Assembly (NCBI GenBank): GCA_028713935.1
Contig: JAQTNI010000002.1
Span: 1 to 32,000, forward strand
Direction of reading: 5' to 3'
DNA: 32,000 bases
Source of the DNA: Candidatus Iainarchaeum sp.
GTDB lineage: Archaea > Iainarchaeota > Iainarchaeia > Iainarchaeales > GCA-2688035
The notes under the pieces are model-generated. The model saw nothing but the letters and a program-made list of their open reading frames with translations, did no database searches and had not been told where the DNA came from. Positions 16,508 through 23,259 of this stretch are shown here, one piece after another. How positions within the stretch are numbered: position 1 is the first letter of the stretch; each line of letters opens with the position of its first letter. Position numbers and translations under genes: made by a program.

Positions 16508-17173
16508 TTACCTAGGCTTCGGCTTAGAACCGGATTGTTTTCTGGCTGCATTTCGTTTGCGCTTAAACCTTTTTTCTTCCAGTTTGCTGAGCCTTCTCCA
16601 TCTTGCAAAAAAATTTCTGGGCCTGTTGAACCAGATTACATTTCTTGGGTTCATTCCTGTTTCGATCAATAACCCACGGACATGGTTAGGATGCACAATG
16701 ATGACATCCACAGAGGTTGGTTTCATTATTTTAAGGAGATGAGCCCAATATCTTTCCCGCAGATTGGAAACAAGGTATCTCCCTAATGTACTGTCTTTCT
16801 TTGCTATTCCTTTTTCTACGAGGGCTTTTATGGCTTTTTTATCCAAGGGGATTATTGGCCATTTTTCCCTTGTTGCTATCTGAACTACATTGAAGTATGG
16901 GCTAAGGTCAGCAAGGAAAAATGACCTGTCTTTTTCTTCACTTCCCATTTCTGCGAAGTCTAAGTCGATTTTTTTAAAATAATTTAGCATGTCTAAAGAA
17001 CCTTCCAAGAATATCCTGAATGTTGTGCCTTTTTTTGCCCGTTTCTCAAGAAATGCTCGAATTTGGGCGCTTCCTTCAGCAAGAGCGGTATGCTTCGAGA
17101 GAGAATTAGGGAATGGCGGATGTTCAAGGGCAATTATTTTTGGATTGTTATTCTGATGATTCTTGGCAGGCAT
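16508..17173 (-). CDS. Hypothetical protein with Lys/Arg-rich C-terminal tail (orphan D)
   Basis: 221-aa ATG ORF. Motifs IIALEHPPF, IFLEG and IIVHPNHVRGL. C-terminus: RWRRLSKLEEKRFKRKRNAARKQSGSKPKPR. The architecture resembles ORF 2185..2793. No family recognised. Confidence 0.6.
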   Translation of the reverse strand: MPAKNHQNNNPKIIALEHPPFPNSLSKHTALAEGSAQIRAFLEKRAKKGTTFRIFLEGSLDMLNYFKKIDLDFAEMGSEEKDRSFFLADLSPYFNVVQIATREKWPIIPLDKKAIKALVEKGIAKKDSTLGRYLVSNLRERYWAHLLKIMKPTSVDVIIVHPNHVRGLLIETGMNPRNVIWFNRPRNFFARWRRLSKLEEKRFKRKRNAARKQSGSKPKPR

Positions 17174-17222
17174 ATTGAATTCTCTCTCCCGACGCTTTAA
17201 TTATTTACAAAAAAAATTTTCC

Positions 17223-18119
17223 TTATAAATTTTTTTCACCTGTTTCTTCTTCTTTTTTCTTTGAAAAAGTTTTGATTGCAATTGCCACAAGCGCTATCAG
17301 GAGAATTGAAGCAAGCACGAGCACAATGTTTTCCTCGTTGTAAAGCGGATTGAATTTTATTTGCCTTTGCAGGGCATGAAAGCCGTTTGCATCACTGAAA
17401 CTTGCCTGCAAAACAATTGTTTTTGTTTCAAATGGCGGGTCAAGGTAAAAGGCGAATTCTTTTTCAAAATGCTCTTTTGGCATCATTGAGTCAAGCAAAA
17501 AAGGCACTGCATCGGAATCAGCTCCCTGCATTGAAAAAATTTCTAGTTTCACGTTTCTTATTGTTTCGTCGCTTAAATTTGTCGCTTTTGCAATGAAGCT
17601 TCCGAAATTCCTTTTTGTTATGGGCGCAGCTGTTTCAAGAAGAATTTTTGGAGACAGTATTTTCACTGCCCCTAACTTAAAAGAATTTTTGTCAGTGCTT
17701 ATTGTTATTGCCTGGATTGAATCTGATTCTTTAAGTGTAATCACCTGCAATGCAAGTGTTTTTTTTTCTCCTGGCTGTAAAAAAATGTTTCTTGCAATTC
17801 CCTGTTGTATGCTGCCGTTTTCAATGAAAGCGATTGCATCATCGCACCTTATTTTCATTGGAACATTTTCCGCCTGCGTGCCTGAATTTAAAACACCCAG
17901 CTCTAAAAAAGCTGTTTCTTCAGGGTAAAGGGCAAGCAGTTCTCCCTGCCTGTCTTTCGGGCTTATTTCAAACAGGGTTTCCGCATTGGCAACTGAAAAA
18001 ACAAGGATTAGAAAAAAAATTATTGCAAATTTTGAATTTTTATTATTGAAAGTCAATTTTTTCGCCTTCAGAGTTTCCAGAAACAAGGGATGCGAATTTT
18101 TTTCTGTTCCTGAGAACAA
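17223..18119 (-). CDS. Surface protein: signal/anchor, beta-sandwich-like ectodomain, C-terminal TM
   Basis: Hydrophobic FAIIFFLILVFSVANA near the N-terminus and a C-terminal TM IVLVLASILLIALVAIAI followed by a KKKEEE tail. There is no in-frame ATG before the signal peptide, so the start is a non-ATG codon (TTG at 18119, or TTG at 18056, which gives MTFNNKNSKF...). The start is uncertain. Confidence 0.6.
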   Translation of the reverse strand: MFSGTEKNSHPLFLETLKAKKLTFNNKNSKFAIIFFLILVFSVANAETLFEISPKDRQGELLALYPEETAFLELGVLNSGTQAENVPMKIRCDDAIAFIENGSIQQGIARNIFLQPGEKKTLALQVITLKESDSIQAITISTDKNSFKLGAVKILSPKILLETAAPITKRNFGSFIAKATNLSDETIRNVKLEIFSMQGADSDAVPFLLDSMMPKEHFEKEFAFYLDPPFETKTIVLQASFSDANGFHALQRQIKFNPLYNEENIVLVLASILLIALVAIAIKTFSKKKEEETGEKNL

Positions 18120-19347
18120 GGATTAGTATCAGCAATGCAATTATTATTACTCCGGCAGTTATTATGAGATCAATGTTTACGCTTGGCGTTTCTTCCTGAA
18201 ACCCTTCCTGGTAAATTGCAAGGGCATTGGTTTTTGCTTTTACGGCAAAGCCTGAGGCGCTTTCAAAATTGCCATTATTGAAATATGCAGTTGCTTTCTG
18301 CCAGTTTTCGCGCAATGCAGGGACTTGCTCTGAATTTTTCCAGTAATCCGCGTTTTCCTCTGCAAGCACATATTCAACAAGCTTTGACAAGGTCGGATAG
18401 CCTGTTTTGTCAATTATTGCGTTGTCCTGGCCATAAAAAACCTGGTAAGCACTGTTTCTTTTTATTCTTGTTTCAAGCGAATCAGCAAGGGTTTGTGAAT
18501 GTGCAATTGCATCGTCAAAGGCATTTGAAAGGCTTTCCTGCAGGTTTGTTGAAGAGGCGGAAATTGAGGAAAGATAAGCCATTTCAGAAGGCGGGTTTGC
18601 AAGGCTTCCCAATGATTTTTTTGTTTCAATCGGCAGGCTTGTCTGTGCAATTCCCTGTTTTAGTTTTTCAGAGTCAAGCACATAGGCTGTTTTTTTTGCG
18701 TCAAGTTCGTTTGTTTCATTGAAAACATTTTCAAATTCTGATTGAAGTGTTTCAAGAGTTGAAGTGTCTGGATTGTTGTAAAAAGAATTTTCATAAGCGC
18801 TTGTGTCAATAATGTCTTTGCTTAGCGCGGTTGCCTGGCTGTTCATCAGGCTCAGCTCTGATTTCATTTTGCCAAGAAGCTCGACAAGCGAAGGATTTGT
18901 TTTCACTTCTGCTTCTATTGTTGAAAGGTCAAGGCTTGCTTCGCTCTGGAGCTTTACTGCCAGGTCGCTTATTCTTTTTGAATTCAGCGAATTGAAAATC
19001 CACTGGTCCTGCTGTAAGGCGTTTGTTTTCAGCTTGTCAAAATTGTACAAAAAATAGCCTGTTTTTATCAGGTCTCTTCTCACGCTTTTTGAATCAGGAA
19101 TTGTTGCATTGTCAGCAGAAACAGGAATAAAGCCTGCCAAGGAATCCCCGCTTATAACCGCAACAACCCAGTATGGCTTTGACTGGCTGCTTATTTTGAC
19201 ATTCGGCTGAATTTCAACTGATTCTCCCTGAAGCAAAAAATTGTTTGTTTTTGAAACAAAATCAATTGCTTCCTGGCTTGAAACAGCCGCAAAAACAGGC
19301 TGGACAAGCAGCAAGGCAAGAAAAACAAGGAAAAAACACTTTTTCAT
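18043..19347 (-). CDS. Surface protein: signal peptide, helical S/N/E-rich ectodomain, C-terminal TM anchor
   Basis: Start taken at MKKCFFLVFLALLLVQPVFA (ATG 19347). C-terminal TM LIITAGVIIIALLILILVL followed by RNRKK. Confidence 0.7.
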   Translation of the reverse strand: MKKCFFLVFLALLLVQPVFAAVSSQEAIDFVSKTNNFLLQGESVEIQPNVKISSQSKPYWVVAVISGDSLAGFIPVSADNATIPDSKSVRRDLIKTGYFLYNFDKLKTNALQQDQWIFNSLNSKRISDLAVKLQSEASLDLSTIEAEVKTNPSLVELLGKMKSELSLMNSQATALSKDIIDTSAYENSFYNNPDTSTLETLQSEFENVFNETNELDAKKTAYVLDSEKLKQGIAQTSLPIETKKSLGSLANPPSEMAYLSSISASSTNLQESLSNAFDDAIAHSQTLADSLETRIKRNSAYQVFYGQDNAIIDKTGYPTLSKLVEYVLAEENADYWKNSEQVPALRENWQKATAYFNNGNFESASGFAVKAKTNALAIYQEGFQEETPSVNIDLIITAGVIIIALLILILVLRNRKKFASLVSGNSEGEKIDFQ

Positions 19348-19413
19348 CAGAGAATATAATGCAATTTTCCAATAAAAACCTTTCCGCAAGCGCTTTTTAT
19401 GAAAAAAATTTTT

Positions 19414-19857
19414 TCAGGGCAATTTTATGGTTTTTCTTTTCTTAACCCCTATTTTGCCTGGCAATAGCTTCACTTCGATTAGCATGCTTGGGCGCCTTGC
19501 TCCTCTTGCAAATTCGCGCCTGATTGGGATTGCAAGCCGCCTGTAAACACTGCCATTGTTTTTATGTGTAAGAATAAAAATAAGCTGATTCCCGCTTTCC
19601 CTCCTGACTCTTCCCAAAAAAGAAGAGTAACGCCCGCCAATTGCAGGCAAAGTATAAGAAAACAATGTTTCGGACTTCAGGTTTTTAGCGGCTTTCAAAT
19701 CCAGGCTTTGCCCGCTGTCCTTAATCACTCTGACTTTTGCCAGTTCACTTGGTAGTATTGTTTCCCGCCCCAAAACCAATTTTGCAAAGTTTTTACTCGC
19801 GCGGTTCGCAGCAATCATTTGCCTGTAATTTCTTCTCTTAACTGGTCTGCGAAGCAT
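19414..19857 (-). CDS. Arg-rich hypothetical protein (orphan B)
   Basis: 147-aa ATG ORF. N-terminus MLRRPVKRRNYRQ. C-terminal part GRYSSFLGRVRRESGNQLIFILTHK aligns by eye with orphans A and C. Confidence 0.55.
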   Translation of the reverse strand: MLRRPVKRRNYRQMIAANRASKNFAKLVLGRETILPSELAKVRVIKDSGQSLDLKAAKNLKSETLFSYTLPAIGGRYSSFLGRVRRESGNQLIFILTHKNNGSVYRRLAIPIRREFARGARRPSMLIEVKLLPGKIGVKKRKTIKLP

Positions 19858-19951
19858 ACTTCAAAATAACCAGCAACAATTATTAAAGACTTCGTGACGT
19901 GCAGAAAAAAGTTGTTTTTTCCAAAGTGCTTATTTATTCAAGATTCAGGTT

Positions 19952-19978
19952 TTCTTTTCTTTTTCAAAAAGAAAAGAA
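19952..19978. terminator. Perfect 13-bp palindrome between tRNA-Pro and the downstream ORF
   Basis: TTCTTTTCTTTTT-C-AAAAAGAAAAGAA lies 7 nt past the tRNA-Pro 3' end. On the transcribed (minus) strand its stem carries the T runs typical of archaeal termination. Confidence 0.4.
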
Positions 19979-19984
19979 GGGCAG

Positions 19985-20144
19985 TGGGGCGTGGAGGATT
20001 TGAACCCCCGCCGCAGCGTTGTTCGAGCTTCTTTTTTTAGGAATGAATTCTTTTCGCGCAGCGAAAATCTCTTTTTCCCAGGTTTTTCTCTTTAGAGAAA
20101 AAGCTGCCCGAACGCTGAATCCTGCCAAGCTAGACTAACGCCCC
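19985..20144 (-). tRNA. tRNA-Pro (anticodon CGG) with 87-nt intron at canonical 37/38 (intron 20020..20106)
   Basis: Read on the reverse strand. Acceptor GGGGCGT/ACGCCCC. Anticodon stem CAGCG/CGCTG with loop TTCGGG^A. T arm GGGGG-TTCAAAT-CCTCC. The junctions form a helix / 3-nt bulge (GG^C) / 4-bp helix (TTCG:CGAA) / 3-nt bulge (CA^A) / helix (AGCTT:AAGCT) BHB motif. The mature length is 73 nt. Confidence 0.9.
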
Positions 20145-20902
20145 AGGTTTTTTTCAAGGTTTTTTATTTTTCCGAAATAATAAACCTTGTCTTCTATTAT
20201 CCAGGCTTCGAATTCTGAAAGATTTTGTTGCAGGAAAGGACTTAAAATCTCTTGTTTTAAGACGTCAGTGCCATAGGCAATTGCGCTCATGGAGGGCAAT
20301 ACAATCAGGTCTTTTTTTTCAAATTTTCCTTTTAGAAAGCATTTGTAGGTTTCAGTTTTTGCTGCTTCGCGCAGTGAAATTGCAGGGTGCTCGTGCCCGA
20401 TTACAATTGTTTTTGATTTTTTGAATTCCTCTGTTTTTGGAATTTCGTTTCCGTGTACAACAAGAATTTTGCTTTTTTCAAGGAAAAAGCCTTCTTTGCT
20501 TATCCGCATTTTTTTGAATTTCGCAATTGGCCCCAGAATTTTGTCATGGTTTCCCTGGACAAGGATTATTTGGCTGCAGTTTTTTTCAAGGAATTCCAGC
20601 ATGTCAAGTGTTTCTTTCCATTCCTGCTGAGAAATTTCCCCGAACTCGTGCTTCAAATCCCCGTTAATAATTATTTTTTCAATTTTTGCCTGCTTTTTCT
20701 TTTTGAAAATTTCCAGAAAAATTTTTTCCAGTTTTTCCGTTATTTCCGAAAAATTTATTCGCGGCATCATTATGCCCTGCCTGTTCAGCATTTCTTCATA
20801 GCCAAGGTGAAGGTCTGAAATGACAAGGCTTTTTTCTTTTGGAATCCACAAAGCCAGGCCAATCGCCTTGATTCCCGGTGCCAGCATGTTTTCGGGTTTC
20901 AT
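20135..20902 (-). CDS. Calcineurin-like metallophosphoesterase (archaeal SbcD-related / MJ0037-type)
   Basis: Motifs SDLHLG, NGDLKHE, QGNHD, VVHGN and GHEHP. Start taken at MKPENM (ATG 20902), because the longer ORF to 21103 overlaps the divergent GNAT gene. The last 3 codons and the stop lie inside tRNA-Pro. Confidence 0.85.
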   Translation of the reverse strand: MKPENMLAPGIKAIGLALWIPKEKSLVISDLHLGYEEMLNRQGIMMPRINFSEITEKLEKIFLEIFKKKKQAKIEKIIINGDLKHEFGEISQQEWKETLDMLEFLEKNCSQIILVQGNHDKILGPIAKFKKMRISKEGFFLEKSKILVVHGNEIPKTEEFKKSKTIVIGHEHPAISLREAAKTETYKCFLKGKFEKKDLIVLPSMSAIAYGTDVLKQEILSPFLQQNLSEFEAWIIEDKVYYFGKIKNLEKNLGR

Positions 20903-20942
20903 ATAAAAAAAGCTTGTTTCGAATTGTTTTAAAGGGATAGCA

Positions 20943-21488
20943 ATGAAGCTTATTGGTGAAAGGATTTTTTTGAGGCCCTGGAAAAAAAGTGATGTTCCGC
21001 GCATTGTTGAAATCTGCAAAGATAAAACAATAAGCAAATTCACGCATGTGCCTTTTCCGTATACGAGAAAGCATGCTGTGCAGTTCATTAAAAATTCTTT
21101 CAAACAGCGGAAGGAGAAATCAAAATTTGCTTTTGCAATTGTTTTAAAGGAAAAAAACCTTGTAATTGGCGCAATTGGCTTGACTCATTACGAAGAGCGT
21201 GACAGGCGTGCAGAAGTCGGTTATTGGCTTGCAAAAGAATTCAGGGGAAAAGAAATTGTCCCGGAAGCCGCAGAAATTTTGCTTGATTTTGGTTTTAACA
21301 AATTGAAACTTCATAGGATTCAAATTGACTGCGCAGTAAAAAATTCTGCTTCCAAAAGAGTAATTGAAAAGCTTGGCTTTGAATTTGAATGCAGGCAAAA
21401 AGAACGGGGTTTTTTAGGGGGAAAATTTGTTGACACTTTTTCCTTTGCAATTCTTGACAGGAAATTTTTCAAGGGAAAAAAGAAATAA
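20943..21488 (+). CDS. GNAT family N-acetyltransferase (RimJ/RimL-like)
   Basis: 181 aa. IFLRPW...D, VIGAIGL........AEVGYWL...FRGK and N..S.RV.EKLGF..E are typical of RimJ/L-type acetyltransferases. Confidence 0.9.
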   Translation: MKLIGERIFLRPWKKSDVPRIVEICKDKTISKFTHVPFPYTRKHAVQFIKNSFKQRKEKSKFAFAIVLKEKNLVIGAIGLTHYEERDRRAEVGYWLAKEFRGKEIVPEAAEILLDFGFNKLKLHRIQIDCAVKNSASKRVIEKLGFEFECRQKERGFLGGKFVDTFSFAILDRKFFKGKKK

Positions 21489-21502
21489 TTTTGGTTTATA
21501 AC

Positions 21503-21645
21503 AAAAAGCCCATGTATCTGAATTTTGAATTGCTTTCCTTACAAAGCAGGCTTTGTGAGGCCTCGCAAAACTTTGTTTTGCAAGGTTGTATATAACAAAC
21601 CGCAATAAAAGTTCAGGAATATAGGCGGTTTGCTATAAAAGAATT
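21503..21645 (-). repeat. Copy 2 (inverted) of the conserved ~140-nt noncoding element
   Basis: The reverse complement of 21527..21606 matches 201..281 (1 substitution, 1 indel). The twin hairpins lie at 21537..21585. The outer stem is retained with an A-to-G change that keeps G:U pairing. The distal end overlaps a CTATAAAAG box about 27 nt upstream of the dph5 ATG. Confidence 0.85.
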
Positions 21646-21665
21646 CCCATTTATATTTCTTTTAT

Positions 21666-22436
21666 ATGTTTTACCTTGTCGGAATTGGCCTGAACCCGAA
21701 GCAGGTAACGCTTGAGGCGCTTGAGGCAATAAAGGGATGCAAAAAGGTTTTTTTTGAGTCATACACAAGCGCTTATTCACAGGGCACAATAAAAGAGCTT
21801 GAAGAAATTTCAGGAAAAAAATTTGTTGAGCTTGACAGGAAAGGCGTTGAAGAAGGCTTTCTGCTTTTCCTCAGGGAAGCGAAGAATTTGGATGAAAACA
21901 TTGCACTGCTTGTTTTTGGAAACGCTTTGAATGCAACAACACACCTGCAATTGCTTCTTGATGCAAAAAGCCTTGGCCTGAAGAGCAAGGTTTTGCAGGG
22001 AATAAGCGTTTTTGATTATCTCGCGGAAACAGGTTTGGATGCCTACAAGTTTGGCAGGGTTTGCACTGTTGTTTCTCCTAAAAAAAATTTTGCTCCGGAA
22101 GATTTTTTTGATGTAATCGAAAAAAACTTTTCCATTGGCCTGCACACGCTTTGCCTGCTTGAAATTGATGCTTCTCAGAATTATCAGATGGGTGTTTCAG
22201 AGGCTGTTTCTATTCTGCAAAAAATTGAGGCAAAGAAAAAAACAAAAATCCTGGATTCAACTGTTTTGATTGGCTTGTATGCTTTGGGCTCAAAAGACCA
22301 GAAGTTCAGGAAAGGCACTGTCAGGGAATTTTTGATGTCCGGCTTTGGAAAATTTCCCCAGTGCCTTGTTGTATGCGGAAAACCCAATGAAAAGGAAAAA
22401 GAAGCGCTTGCAATTTTGTGCGGTGCGGAATCATGA
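21666..22436 (+). CDS. dphB: Diphthine synthase (Dph5/DphB)
   Basis: 256 aa. The N-terminus MFYLVGIGLNPKQVTLEALEAIKGCKKVFFESYTS and the overall tetrapyrrole-methylase-like pattern are typical of archaeal diphthine synthase. Confidence 0.92.
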   Translation: MFYLVGIGLNPKQVTLEALEAIKGCKKVFFESYTSAYSQGTIKELEEISGKKFVELDRKGVEEGFLLFLREAKNLDENIALLVFGNALNATTHLQLLLDAKSLGLKSKVLQGISVFDYLAETGLDAYKFGRVCTVVSPKKNFAPEDFFDVIEKNFSIGLHTLCLLEIDASQNYQMGVSEAVSILQKIEAKKKTKILDSTVLIGLYALGSKDQKFRKGTVREFLMSGFGKFPQCLVVCGKPNEKEKEALAILCGAES

Positions 22437-22927
22437 ACAGGCTCAAAAAGTTTTCACGGAGAAAGCCTCCTGAAAAAAGGCAGAAAGTAAGGCTTTTGAC
22501 AAGCAGCGATACACAGGGTTCTGATTTTTTCCTGCAATCTGAACATTTTATTATTACTGGCGAGGGAAAAACAGTTTCTTCTCCAAGGCGCTATCGGAAT
22601 TTTTTTGGAAAGGGTGAAACCATTCTTAACGCCCATTTTGACACCACAACGGAAAAACTTCCTTCTCCGCGCGAAGCTCTTCTCCTGTTGAGGAGATTTG
22701 TAGGGACCTTTTCCGAATTGAAACGTGCAGGATATTCCAGCTTTGTAGGGGATACTCCAAATTCTGCTCTTGTTAATTTTTTTCGGAGGCAAGGCGCGCA
22801 AATCACGCAAACTCCCTTGCCAACTGGCATGGGGGCAAAATTGAGATATGCCAGGAGTGTTTATGACTGGAATTATCCGAGGCAGTATGCAAAAATGCCG
22901 GTTTTTAGGGTAATGCTGAGGTTTTAA
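22433..22927 (+). CDS. Arg-rich hypothetical protein (orphan C), translationally coupled to dphB
   Basis: The ATG at 22433 overlaps the dphB stop in an ATGA arrangement. 164 aa. N-terminus MNRLKKFSRRKPPEKRQK. Two units resembling orphans A/B (RRYRNFFGKGETILNAH and GYSSFVGDTPNSALVNFF). Confidence 0.55.
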   Translation: MNRLKKFSRRKPPEKRQKVRLLTSSDTQGSDFFLQSEHFIITGEGKTVSSPRRYRNFFGKGETILNAHFDTTTEKLPSPREALLLLRRFVGTFSELKRAGYSSFVGDTPNSALVNFFRRQGAQITQTPLPTGMGAKLRYARSVYDWNYPRQYAKMPVFRVMLRF

Positions 22928-22947
22928 TAAAAAAAGAGGTTACCATT

Positions 22948-23259
22948 ATGGCGAAAAAAATTCATTTAACATTGCAACAATCATTGGAGCAAAAGGCAGG
23001 GCATTATGGGGAATTAACCAAAAAGGCTTTGGAAAAAGTTGAAATCCGGAAAGGGCTGGATTCCCGCGATGAAGCCAGGGCGCATGATTTTCTTTCAATG
23101 GCGCGGAATTATTTTAATGATGCAAGGCATTTTGAGGAAAAAGGGGAATTGCTTCTTGCGCTTGCTGCTTTTTCTTATGCCCATGCCTGGCTTGATGCGG
23201 GAGTAAGGGCAAAAATTCTTGACGGAAAAAATGATGACAGGCTTTTTACTCTGCCCTAG
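22948..23259 (+). CDS. DUF357-like small helical archaeal protein
   Basis: 103 aa. ARNYFNDARHF...G....ALAAFSYAHAWLDAGVR resembles the archaeal DUF357 family. By-eye recognition only. Confidence 0.5.
   Translation: MAKKIHLTLQQSLEQKAGHYGELTKKALEKVEIRKGLDSRDEARAHDFLSMARNYFNDARHFEEKGELLLALAAFSYAHAWLDAGVRAKILDGKNDDRLFTLP

Noticed and set aside
20903-21103. N-terminal 67-aa extension of the phosphoesterase ORF; similarly 31132..31407 for the YdeI-like ORF, 26903..26953 for porA and 15325..15417 for orphan A
   Set aside because: The extensions overlap neighbouring well-supported genes and lack family-conserved sequence. Internal ATGs coincide with the start of the conserved domains or with ATGA stop/start coupling.
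161-21645. Composite transposon or integrated element bounded by the two inverted element copies
   Set aside because: The interval contains ordinary housekeeping genes and no transposase, integrase or conjugation genes. Only the weaker inversion-substrate idea is retained as a low-interest finding.
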